NCBI GenBank assembly: GCA_026005055.1
Contig: BPKI01000001.1
Span: 1,604,566-1,668,565 of the forward strand
DNA length: 64,000 nucleotides
Reading direction: 5' to 3'
Origin: Lysobacterales bacterium
GTDB taxonomy: Bacteria > Pseudomonadota > Gammaproteobacteria > Xanthomonadales > BPKI01
Under the pieces are notes generated by a model. It saw only the letters and a list, made by a program, of their open reading frames with translations, was not told the origin of the DNA and did no database searches. Both the position numbers and the translations under genes were made by a program. Shown here one piece after another: positions 20,584-28,260 of this stretch (positions within the stretch are counted from its first letter, which is position 1; every line of letters starts with the position of its first letter).

Positions 20584-22086
20584 TTGATGCGGATGACCGT
20601 CGGCGAAACCGCGCATCCATCGGGACTTCGGCGTCTCAGTCGCCCTCTGCTCTTCATCCTGCCGCTGCTCGCGCCGCTCTATGGCCTCGGCCAGCGCGGC
20701 CTCTTCGAGAGCGATGAGGGACGCTACGCCGCCGTCGCCTTGGCGATGCTCGAAAGCGGTGATCAGTGGATTCCGCGCTTCGATCCGGACACCCCGCATC
20801 TGAGCAAACCGCCGCTCCTTTACTGGACGATCGCGGCCTCGATCGCGATCTTCGGGAAGAGCGAATGGACCGTTCGGCTGCCGAGCGTGCTGGGGTTCTG
20901 GCTCGGCTGTCTGGGAGTGGCCCTGGCGGCGCGAGCGCTCAGCATCCGACCTTGGGCGGCGGTTTGGATCTTTGCCTCGGCGCTTCTGGTGGCAGTGGCC
21001 GCCGAGATCGTTTCCACCGACATGCTCCTCACCGGATTGCTCGCTGCGGCCGTGGGCAGTTGGCTCTCCTCCCTGGTGAGCCCGAAGCCTCTCCTCTGGC
21101 GTTTTCTTGCCGGCATCGCCTTCGGCCTCGCATTTCTTTGCAAAGGGCCTCCTGCGCTGCTACCGCTCATCGCCATGGCCGCCTGGCGCAAGCGCGAGGG
21201 GCTTTCGGTACCGCTTCTCGGTGCCATCGGCTGGTTGGCTTTCGCCGCCTCGGCGCTGCCTTGGTATCTCGTGGTGATGATGAAAATCCCGGACGTGGGG
21301 GGCTATTGGCTCGGCTATGAATTCTTCGCCCGCCTCCTCAGCGCCGAGCATGATCGTCACGCCCGGTGGTACGGCTTCGTCGAAGCCTATGGGGGTTTGC
21401 TGGCGCTCGGTTTGCTGCCTTGGGTGTGGCTGCTGCTGCCGCGGCGTCCTCGCGCGAACGGGCAGGAGCCGCCCCAGGCTCGGTTCTTGCGCTGGTGGTT
21501 TTGGCTTCCTTTGGCGATCTTTTGTCTTTCGCGCTCGCGGCTTCCGCTCTACGTGCTCCCGCTCTTCGCGCCGGCGGCGCTGATGCTGGCTCGGCGTGCT
21601 GAGCAGCGGGGAAGCGTCAGCCTCGCGATGGCCTTGTCGATCCTACTTTTCGGTGCCGGTGCGGTCTTGCGCGATGTCATCGCCCGCTGGCCCACCCACC
21701 GCGACGCACGCGCCGAAGCGGCGAGCATTGCGCCGTGGCTGAGCGCGGACACCGAGCGGATCGTATTCCTGGGGATGCCCGCCCATTACGGACTGCGCTT
21801 CTACACGGGGATTCCGGTGGTGCGGGCGGAGGGCAGCGATTTCTTGCGCTTCCAGGGCAGCAACTGGATGCGGGAGAGCGAGGTCGACCCCTCGCGCACG
21901 CTGCTCGTCGTGGGCGACAATCCGCAGCCTGAGATTCTCGCGGAAGCAGCGCTTCGCTTCCGCGGCGCGCACTGGCTCGGTTGGGAGCGGGTCCGGTGCG
22001 AACCGAAGTCGCTGCTGTGTTCGGAAAAATCCAGGTTTTTCAGCATGCCGCATGAACGCCGACGCCGAGCGGAGGATCTTCCGTGA
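20584..22086 (+). CDS. ArnT/PMT-type (GT39/GT83-like) polytopic membrane glycosyltransferase, copy 2
   Basis: Motif LFESDEGRYAAVALAMLESGDQWIPRF...SKPPLLYWT, multi-TM. The exact start is uncertain (several in-frame Met near 20584-20593). Confidence 0.8.
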   Translation: MMRMTVGETAHPSGLRRLSRPLLFILPLLAPLYGLGQRGLFESDEGRYAAVALAMLESGDQWIPRFDPDTPHLSKPPLLYWTIAASIAIFGKSEWTVRLPSVLGFWLGCLGVALAARALSIRPWAAVWIFASALLVAVAAEIVSTDMLLTGLLAAAVGSWLSSLVSPKPLLWRFLAGIAFGLAFLCKGPPALLPLIAMAAWRKREGLSVPLLGAIGWLAFAASALPWYLVVMMKIPDVGGYWLGYEFFARLLSAEHDRHARWYGFVEAYGGLLALGLLPWVWLLLPRRPRANGQEPPQARFLRWWFWLPLAIFCLSRSRLPLYVLPLFAPAALMLARRAEQRGSVSLAMALSILLFGAGAVLRDVIARWPTHRDARAEAASIAPWLSADTERIVFLGMPAHYGLRFYTGIPVVRAEGSDFLRFQGSNWMRESEVDPSRTLLVVGDNPQPEILAEAALRFRGAHWLGWERVRCEPKSLLCSEKSRFFSMPHERRRRAEDLP

Positions 22087-22862
22087 GCACGACCGAAGCC
22101 CAAACGAGGGCCGATGAGGTGCCCGAACTCTCGGTGGTGATTCCGGTGCACGATGAGGCGGACAATATCCTGCCCTTGCTTCAAGAGATCGAGACCGCGC
22201 TTAGCGGGCGTGTGCGCTTCGAGGTCGTCGTGGTCGATGACGGAAGCCGCGATGAGACCCCGGCTCGGCTGAGCGAGGCGCTTTCCGCCATGCCCTTTCT
22301 GCGCGTGCTGCGCCATGAACGGCAGGCCGGCCAGAGTCGTGCGATCTGGAACGGCGTGCGGGCGGCGCGGGCGCCATGGATCGCCACCCTCGACGGGGAC
22401 GGGCAGAACGATCCTGGTGATATTCCCAAACTGCTCGCCGAGCGGGAACGCCTCGGCGGCGAGGTGGGCCTGCTGGCCGGATGGCGAGTCCATCGCCGCG
22501 ATTCGGCTTGGAAGCGCTTCGGCTCGCGCCTGGCCAATGCCGTGCGCGGATGGCTGCTCAAGGATCGCACCCCCGATACCGGCTGCGGTCTGAAGCTTTT
22601 TCGCCGCGATGCGTTTCTCGAGTTACCCTATTTCGACCACATGCATCGCTTTTTACCCGCCCTTTTCCAGCGCGAGGGATGGCTAACGCGGAGCATCCCC
22701 GTGGGCCATCGCCCGCGCCGCGCGGGGCGTTCCCATTACGGGAACCTGCGCCGCCTCTGGGTCGGCCTTGCCGATCTCGGCGGGGTGGCGTGGCTTCTGC
22801 GGCGACGTCGGCGAACCGCCGTGCATGAGATTGGACCGAGCCGAATCGGAGAGCATCCGTGA
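22083..22862 (+). CDS. Family-2 glycosyltransferase, polyprenyl-phosphate glycosyltransferase type (ArnC/GtrB/DPM1-like)
   Basis: LSVVIPVHDEADNI...VVVVDDGSRDET...LDGDGQNDP. GTG start overlaps the preceding stop (GTGA). Confidence 0.85.
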   Translation: MSTTEAQTRADEVPELSVVIPVHDEADNILPLLQEIETALSGRVRFEVVVVDDGSRDETPARLSEALSAMPFLRVLRHERQAGQSRAIWNGVRAARAPWIATLDGDGQNDPGDIPKLLAERERLGGEVGLLAGWRVHRRDSAWKRFGSRLANAVRGWLLKDRTPDTGCGLKLFRRDAFLELPYFDHMHRFLPALFQREGWLTRSIPVGHRPRRAGRSHYGNLRRLWVGLADLGGVAWLLRRRRRTAVHEIGPSRIGEHP

Positions 22863-23137
22863 ACGACACCCTCCTGTGGATCATCATCGGCTTCATCGGC
22901 CAGGCGCTTTTCTCGGCGCGGTTCCTGGTTCAGTGGTGGGCTTCCGAGCGCGCCGGCCGCAGCGTGGTGCCGAAGGCATTTTGGATCCTGAGCCTCGGCG
23001 GCAGCCTCGTCCTATTGAGCTATGCCATCCACCGTGAGGATCCGGTCTTCATCGTCGGCCAGAGCATGGGCTTCCTCATCTACCTGAGGAATCTCCAGCT
23101 GCTCAAACAGGTGCCCGCGGAGGCCGATCCAGCCTGA
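22859..23137 (+). CDS. Small membrane protein with a lipid-A-biosynthesis N-terminal (LAB_N) type domain
   Basis: 92 aa: LWIIIGFIGQALFSARFLVQWWASER...FWILSLGGSLVLLSYAIHREDPVFIVGQ. GTGA overlap with the GT2 gene. Confidence 0.7.
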   Translation: MNDTLLWIIIGFIGQALFSARFLVQWWASERAGRSVVPKAFWILSLGGSLVLLSYAIHREDPVFIVGQSMGFLIYLRNLQLLKQVPAEADPA

Positions 23138-23141
23138 ATCC

Positions 23142-23582
23142 TCAGCGGGGCGGGCCGCGACGGCCCCTGCCGGGCGGCGGATACGGGCGCTCGCCGCGGA
23201 GACGTTTGGCCAGCCGCTCCCGGCCGTCGTGGTCGAGGGAGGCCGCAAGCTCGATGAGCAGCTCGTGCGAGCGGCGCGCATGTTCGCTGCGCGCTCGCTC
23301 GAGTTCGGCGAAAGCGGCGAGGAGCGCCTCCCGGTCGAAGGGATCGCGGCGTAGGGCGGCGGCCACTCGCGCCTGGGCCCGGCGAAGCTCGGCGTGGGTC
23401 TCTCGCACCGCTTTCCGCCGCTCGGAAAGAGAGGCGGGGGGCGAGGCGGGTTCGAGCGATTCGGCCTCGGAAGCGGTGATCTCGGCTTGCGCCTCGCGCC
23501 AGAGGTGCGTGGCGAAGGCGGCCGCCAGCGCGACGTTGAGCCCGAGCGAAGCGAGAAGGAGGAAACGCAAGCCTTTGCTCAT
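23142..23582 (-). CDS. Periplasmic helical protein of the CpxP/Spy/ZraP/CnrX ('periplasmic heavy-metal sensor') type, N-terminally anchored
   Basis: 146 aa. Signal/anchor MSKGLRFLLLASLGLNVALAAAF, then an all-helical Arg/Glu/Ala-rich domain. ATGA overlap with the upstream anti-sigma gene. Confidence 0.6.
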   Translation of the reverse strand: MSKGLRFLLLASLGLNVALAAAFATHLWREAQAEITASEAESLEPASPPASLSERRKAVRETHAELRRAQARVAAALRRDPFDREALLAAFAELERARSEHARRSHELLIELAASLDHDGRERLAKRLRGERPYPPPGRGRRGPPR

Positions 23583-23887
23583 GGCTGCGGAAGCTCGAAT
23601 TCGGCCGCGATCGCGCCACGCAGCGCGAGCTCGACCGGGTCCGGTGTGCCGACCGTGGGCATGAGGAACCCGAGCCCGATGCCGAGGATGAGCGAGAATG
23701 CGAAAGCGAGCCCCAAGGGTGCCCAGCCGAAGAAGGGCCTTTCCTCGGGTCGCGGCAAGGCGGCGAGGATGCGAGCCTCGAGCGCATGGAGGCGCTGCGG
23801 CTCCGGCCGGGTCGCAGCGAACAGGCGGGCGAGGGGATCGGCCTGGTCGCCCGGATTTTCAACCGACCTGTCGAAACGAGCCTTCAT
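23579..23887 (-). CDS. Putative single-pass mini anti-sigma factor
   Basis: 102 aa. Cytoplasmic N-part, one TM (WAPLGLAFAFSLILGIGLGFLM) and a periplasmic tail of about 27 aa. Sits between the ECF sigma and the periplasmic protein with 4-nt overlaps. No ZAS motif. Confidence 0.55.
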   Translation of the reverse strand: MKARFDRSVENPGDQADPLARLFAATRPEPQRLHALEARILAALPRPEERPFFGWAPLGLAFAFSLILGIGLGFLMPTVGTPDPVELALRGAIAAEFELPQP

Positions 23888-24453
23888 CGCTCCTCCTCGG
23901 AAAGCCGTCGGGCGAGCCGACGCCGCGCCCGCGCCAGCAGCGATTCTGCCGCATGCACGCCGATTCCGAGGCTTTCTGCGATCTCGCGCACGCCGAGCTG
24001 CTGATCGTAAAAGAGCGCAAGCGCTGCTCTTTGGCGCAGAGGAAGCTCGGCCAGGGCAGCGCGGAGCCTTCTCGCCTCTTCCGCCCGTTGCGCTTGTTCA
24101 GGCGGCAGGGGCGCGGGATCGGGCGGCTCAGCGGTCGGTGCTTCGGTCTGTCGGCCGAGGCGGCGCCAGGCCCGGTGGCACTGGGATAGGGCGACACGGT
24201 GGAGCCAAGCCGCGAGCGGTGGTCCATCGGCGCGCCAGGAGGGCGCTTTTCGCCACAACCGCAAAAAGGTCTCCTGGGCCACGTCCTCGGCCTCGGCGCG
24301 GCTGCCGAGCAGCCGCTCGGCGAGGGCGAGCACGGCGGGGAGATGCCGGCGGAGGAGGAGGGCGAAGGCGCGCTCCTCCCCCGCGGCAGCGCGCCGCAGC
24401 AGCTGCTCGTCGTCAGGACTCGCATCGCGGCGCTCCTCCGCCGCCATCGGCAT
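23884..24453 (-). CDS. ECF-type RNA polymerase sigma factor (sigma-70 family)
   Basis: Region 2 AEDVAQETFLRLWRKA and region 4 LPLRQRAALALFYDQQLGVREIAESLGIGVHAAESLLARARRRL. Confidence 0.9.
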   Translation of the reverse strand: MPMAAEERRDASPDDEQLLRRAAAGEERAFALLLRRHLPAVLALAERLLGSRAEAEDVAQETFLRLWRKAPSWRADGPPLAAWLHRVALSQCHRAWRRLGRQTEAPTAEPPDPAPLPPEQAQRAEEARRLRAALAELPLRQRAALALFYDQQLGVREIAESLGIGVHAAESLLARARRRLARRLSEEER

Positions 24454-24465
24454 CGAGGGCAGACT

Positions 24466-24882
24466 TCAGTCCCGCACCTTGGACTTGCCCCGACTCTTGG
24501 CTTCGCCATGCCGGCGGCCGTGCGCCTTGCCCGAATGGAAGGCGCGCCATTCCTCGGCATCGATGCGACCATCCTTGTTGGCATCCATGGCCTCGAGGCG
24601 GGCCATTCGCCGCTCGACGTAGTCCTCGACTCGAACCTTCAACCCCTGCTGCTCGCGCTGGGCGCGCTTGGCCTCGCGCCAGGCTCTCCGCTCCTCGGCG
24701 CTGATATAGCCATCGCCGTCGCGGTCCTTCTCCGCCGCCTCGCGCAGGATGCGCTCCTTCTCTGCGGCGATCTCGAGCGGCAGGCGCTGATGCAATGGCC
24801 CCGGCGCGGGTTCGGCGCGCAGGCCGCTGCCCGCGAGCAGGGCGACGATTGCGATGGCGATCAAGCTGTTGCGATTGGACAT
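24466..24882 (-). CDS. Secreted EF-hand calcium-binding protein (two canonical EF loops)
   Basis: Signal peptide MSNRNSLIAIAIVALLAGSGLRA. Loops DRDGDGYISAEE and DANKDGRIDAEE fit DxDxDGxIxxxE. Confidence 0.8.
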   Translation of the reverse strand: MSNRNSLIAIAIVALLAGSGLRAEPAPGPLHQRLPLEIAAEKERILREAAEKDRDGDGYISAEERRAWREAKRAQREQQGLKVRVEDYVERRMARLEAMDANKDGRIDAEEWRAFHSGKAHGRRHGEAKSRGKSKVRD

Positions 24883-24976
24883 GACGTATTTCTCCAGTTG
24901 AGTTGACGAGCGGTGATCCGCTCACCCTCTTTCACCCCCGAGCACGGCCGATCCGTCGCTTTCCTCGAAGATGCGT

Positions 24977-25333
24977 TCAGGAATCATTCAGCTCGTCGGA
25001 CACCCCGGGCCCATCGCGCAGCACCCGCACTTTCTCCACGGTGATCAACATGCTGGCGCTCAGACCGTCGAGCTTGGGCAGGAATGAGGCGATCGCTTCC
25101 TCGCGATCGACGATTTCGACCACCATCGGCAGATCGCTCGAAAGGCGGAGAACGCCCTCGTGATGCAGCCGCGAGGAGCGGCCGAAGCCGAGGCTGCCGC
25201 GGAGCACGGTCGCGCCGGCAAGTCCGTGCTCGCGGGCCAGCTTCACGATGTGCTCATAAAGCGGCCGCGAGCCTGCACGGTCATCCTCGCCGAGGAAAAT
25301 CCGAAGCAGGATGGACTCTACGAATGAGCGCAT
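24977..25333 (-). CDS. DUF190 domain protein (PII-like, CrcB-associated)
   Basis: 118 aa from ATG 25333: LLRIFLGEDDR...PLYEHIVKLAREHGLAGATVLRGSLGFG. The upstream part of the 218-aa ORF was discarded. Confidence 0.75.
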   Translation of the reverse strand: MRSFVESILLRIFLGEDDRAGSRPLYEHIVKLAREHGLAGATVLRGSLGFGRSSRLHHEGVLRLSSDLPMVVEIVDREEAIASFLPKLDGLSASMLITVEKVRVLRDGPGVSDELNDS

Positions 25334-25743
25334 CAGGCACCCCTCGAGTGGAACATCATCAGTCGGGCCAAGCTGCGGCCGAGGTAAGCGGCTGCTATCC
25401 AGCTCAGTCCCGAGAGCAGGAGGAAACCGATCACGGCCCATGCCCCGGATGCGCTCGCCAGCAGCAGAGATTCGAGGGCGACGAGCGAGAAGCTGGTGAA
25501 GCCCCCGAGCAGGCCGCTCATGATGAACTGGCGGAGCACGGGCCGATGATAGATTCGTCCTCCCGGCCGCGTCAGCTCGTGATAGAAGGCGATGAGGAAG
25601 CAGCCGAGGAGATTCGCCAGCAGGAGACCCCAAGGGAAGTCGGGCGTGGCCTTGGCCGTGAACAGCAGCCGCAGCAGGCCGCCGAGACCGCTGCCCGCGG
25701 CGATGGCGAGAAGGACGCTCGCCCGCTCAGGCATGGCGCGCAA
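25333..25743 (-). CDS. crcB: Fluoride channel CrcB/FluC, paralog B
   Basis: 136 aa, 4 TM, GGFTSFS motif. Confidence 0.85.
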   Translation of the reverse strand: MRAMPERASVLLAIAAGSGLGGLLRLLFTAKATPDFPWGLLLANLLGCFLIAFYHELTRPGGRIYHRPVLRQFIMSGLLGGFTSFSLVALESLLLASASGAWAVIGFLLLSGLSWIAAAYLGRSLARLMMFHSRGA

Positions 25744-26104
25744 GCCACCAGCCGAGGGCGGCGAGCGGCAGACCGAAGGCGAAATGCGACAGCAAGAAGC
25801 CGACCGCCTCGCGGCGGCGACCGCTCTCGAAGAGACTCAGGGCTTGCAAGGCGAGTGAGGACACGGTGGTGTATCCACCGAGCAGACCGCCGAGGAGGAA
25901 ATGCGCCCAGCCGGGCGATAGTCTTGCGCTGGCCTGAGCGCCGAATATCGCCCCGGCGAGAAAGGCGCCGCTCAGGTTCACGCTCAGCGTGCCCCAGGGG
26001 AAACGCTCTCCCGCGCGCAGGGTGACCCAGGCGGAGACGAGCGCCCTGGCGAATCCGCCGAGGGCACCACCCAGAGCGAGAGCGAAGGGCTCGAGCCAGG
26101 GCAT
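25727..26104 (-). CDS. crcB: Fluoride channel CrcB/FluC, paralog A
   Basis: 125 aa from ATG 26104: FPWGTLSVNLSGAFLAG...LGGYTTVSS. Confidence 0.85.
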   Translation of the reverse strand: MPWLEPFALALGGALGGFARALVSAWVTLRAGERFPWGTLSVNLSGAFLAGAIFGAQASARLSPGWAHFLLGGLLGGYTTVSSLALQALSLFESGRRREAVGFLLSHFAFGLPLAALGWWLARHA

Positions 26105-26118
26105 CCCGCGGCGGCTCG

Positions 26119-26610
26119 CTAGCGCTTGCCCTGGTCGCGCGCCAGCAAGCGCTGGCGAGCGCGTTGCCAATCTCGTTCCCGCTCGCTCGCGCGCTTGTCG
26201 TGGAGCTTCTTGCCCCGGGCGAGCGCGAGCTCGACTTTGACCCGGCCGCTTTTCCAGTAGAGCGCGGTGGGCACCAAGGTATAGCCTTGCCGTTCGACCG
26301 CGCCGATCAGCCGGTCGATTTCGCGCCGATGGAGGAGCAGCTTGCGAGTGCGGCGCGGGTCGGGCGGGCGATGGGTGGAGGCGGTGGGAAGGGGCGTGAT
26401 CTGGGCGCCGAAGAGATAGATCTCGCCGTCCTTGATGAGCGCGTAGCTCTCTTCGAAGGCGATGCGGCCCGCGCGCAGCGCCTTGACTTCCCAGCCCTGT
26501 AGCGCGATCCCGGCCTCGAAACGCTCGCCGAGGGCATACTCGAAGCGGGCGCGGCGGTTGAGCGCGATCGTGCCCCCGCTATGCTGCCCGTCTTTCCTGC
26601 CCTCGCTCAT
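26119..26610 (-). CDS. smpB: SsrA-binding protein
   Basis: [34 protein letters not shown]...YLFGAQITP... is typical SmpB. Confidence 0.95.
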   Translation of the reverse strand: MSEGRKDGQHSGGTIALNRRARFEYALGERFEAGIALQGWEVKALRAGRIAFEESYALIKDGEIYLFGAQITPLPTASTHRPPDPRRTRKLLLHRREIDRLIGAVERQGYTLVPTALYWKSGRVKVELALARGKKLHDKRASERERDWQRARQRLLARDQGKR

Positions 26611-26630
26611 GAATCAAGGCGCCGGTCGCG

Positions 26631-27101
26631 ATGCCTGAGACTGAACCCGTCACGATACAGCGCGAGGCGTTTGTCGTCCAAAGGCGCGAGCGGCTGTTCG
26701 CCTTGGTGCGCGACGTGGCCTCCTACCCCTCGTGGTTTGCCTGGTGCCGCGAAGGGCGAGTGCTCTCGCGAGGCGGGGGCGATCCGCCTTGGGAAATCGC
26801 TTCGCTGACCGTCGAGGTTGCCGGGATGCCGGTTCGTTTCGTCACCCGCAATCGTTACCTCGAGCCCGAGCGGATCGAGATGAGCCTGGTCGAGGGTCCG
26901 TTCCGGAGCTTGGAGGGGTGCTGGAACTTCCATGCGATCGGAGCCGAGGCCACGAGGGTGGCTTTTTCCTTGCGCTTCGAGCCGAGGGCGCGTTGGATCG
27001 GCGTCGCGCTCGGCCGGGGCTTCGCCCGTCTCGCCGATCGGATGGTGGATGATTTCTGCCGTGTGGCAGGGCGTTTCCGGGAGGAGCCCGGTGTGGATTG
27101 A
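26631..27101 (+). CDS. ratA: SRPBCC-fold RatA/Coq10-type protein (annotated as type II toxin RatA in E. coli)
   Basis: 156 aa, divergent from smpB as in E. coli. LFALVRDVASYPSWFAWC...EGPFRSLEGCWNF. Confidence 0.8.
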   Translation: MPETEPVTIQREAFVVQRRERLFALVRDVASYPSWFAWCREGRVLSRGGGDPPWEIASLTVEVAGMPVRFVTRNRYLEPERIEMSLVEGPFRSLEGCWNFHAIGAEATRVAFSLRFEPRARWIGVALGRGFARLADRMVDDFCRVAGRFREEPGVD

Positions 27102-27360
27102 GGTGGTTTACGCCCTCGCCGATCGGCAATGGCGCCGGAGGGTGGAGCTTCCCCCGGGGGCGACGATCCGCGAGGCCATCGCGGCCAGCGGCCTGCTCGC
27201 GAGCTTCCCGGAGCTTTCGATCGAGGAGGGCATGGTCGGGGTGTGGTATCGCGTTCGCCCCTTGGATGCGCCTTTGCGGGAGGGCGACCGGGTCGAGATC
27301 TATCGTCCCCTGCGCGCCGACCCGAAGCAGGCTCGGCGCGAGCGGACTCGGCGCGGTTGA
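27091..27360 (+). CDS. rnfH: RnfH family (UPF0125) ubiquitin-fold protein
   Basis: GTG start. VWIEVVYALADRQWRRRVELPPGATIREAI...EGDRVEIYRPL. Overlaps the ratA end by 11 nt. Confidence 0.8.
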   Translation: MWIEVVYALADRQWRRRVELPPGATIREAIAASGLLASFPELSIEEGMVGVWYRVRPLDAPLREGDRVEIYRPLRADPKQARRERTRRG

Positions 27361-27365
27361 ATCGC

Positions 27366-27755
27366 TCACTCGCGGCGGCGGCGCCGATCCTTGTCTTTCT
27401 CCTTCGGAAGGTTGCCGAAATGCCGCACCGAGGCGAGCAAAGCCTTGTTGTCCACGTCGAAACGATCGCCTTCGATGCGGACGAGCTGACCCCGTTCGAA
27501 GAACAGGGTCAGATTCCGGACCTGGGGTTCGCCGCGCCCCGTCTGCGCCGAGGCGAGATAGTCCCAGCGGTCGGGATGGAAGGGGCTGGCGCCGACCGGA
27601 GCGCCCAGGATCAGCTCGACCTGACGCTTGCTCATTCCCGGCCGGAGTTGCTCGAACTGGCTCTGCTCGATCAGGTGCCCCTGGAAGACCGGCGGGCGAT
27701 AGACGGCGCAGGCGGAGGCGAGCAGAGCGAGCAGGGGCGTGAGGAGGCGGATCAT
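27366..27755 (-). CDS. bamE: Outer membrane protein assembly factor BamE
   Basis: Lipobox LLASAC, then QGHLIEQSQFEQLRPGMSKRQVELILGAP (SmpA/OmlA domain). Confidence 0.88.
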   Translation of the reverse strand: MIRLLTPLLALLASACAVYRPPVFQGHLIEQSQFEQLRPGMSKRQVELILGAPVGASPFHPDRWDYLASAQTGRGEPQVRNLTLFFERGQLVRIEGDRFDVDNKALLASVRHFGNLPKEKDKDRRRRRE

Positions 27756-27830
27756 CGGCGCTGGAATCCGACCGGAAATCGGGACGAGGATGGTACACTA
27801 TCAGCGACCTTTAGCGTGCCTCGAGCATCG

Positions 27831-28256
27831 ATGAGAGATCCGGTGGAGTCGAACGATCTGCGCAAGGTCGGCCTGAAGGTCACCGTTCCGAGGATGAAGA
27901 TCCTCGAGATTCTGAGCCAGGCGGAGAAGGAAGGCCGGCACCTCACCGCGGAAGACATCTACCGGGAACTGCTCGCGGTCGGTTCCGACATCGGTATCGC
28001 GACCGTCTATCGCGTGTTGACCCAATTCGAAGCGGCGGGGCTCGTGGCCAAGCATCATTTCGAAGGCGGACATGCGGTCTATGAGCTCGATCGCGGCGAG
28101 CACCACGACCACATGGTCTGCGTCGAGACCGGCAGGATCGTCGAATTCGTCAGTCCCGAGATCGAAGCCCTTCAGCGGGAAATCGCCGAACGCCATGGCT
28201 TCGAACTGGAGGACCATTCCCTGGTGCTTTACGTCCGCCCGCGGCGGAAGCGCTGA
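27831..28256 (+). CDS. fur: Ferric uptake regulator
   Basis: 141 aa from ATG 27831: LRKVGLKVTVPRMKILEIL...ATVYRVLTQFEAAGLV...HHDHMVC. Confidence 0.93.
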   Translation: MRDPVESNDLRKVGLKVTVPRMKILEILSQAEKEGRHLTAEDIYRELLAVGSDIGIATVYRVLTQFEAAGLVAKHHFEGGHAVYELDRGEHHDHMVCVETGRIVEFVSPEIEALQREIAERHGFELEDHSLVLYVRPRRKR

Positions 28257-28260
28257 GCGT

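Noticed and set aside
23394-24704. A 436-aa plus-strand Arg/Ala/Pro-rich ORF across the ECF sigma operon, plus several 150-260-aa ORFs in the same region.
   Set aside because: The opposite strand encodes four compact genes with clear signatures (EF hands, sigma regions 2 and 4, TM segments) and coupled overlaps. The plus-strand translations are low-complexity.
26105-26118. I looked for a fluoride (crcB-motif) riboswitch upstream of the crcB pair and for ssrA (tmRNA) next to smpB.
   Set aside because: Only 14 bp separate smpB from crcB. I saw no riboswitch core and no tmRNA ends (GGGG...acceptor/TpsiC-like CCACCA tail) anywhere near 24.9-27 kb. A covariance-model scan would be needed for certainty.
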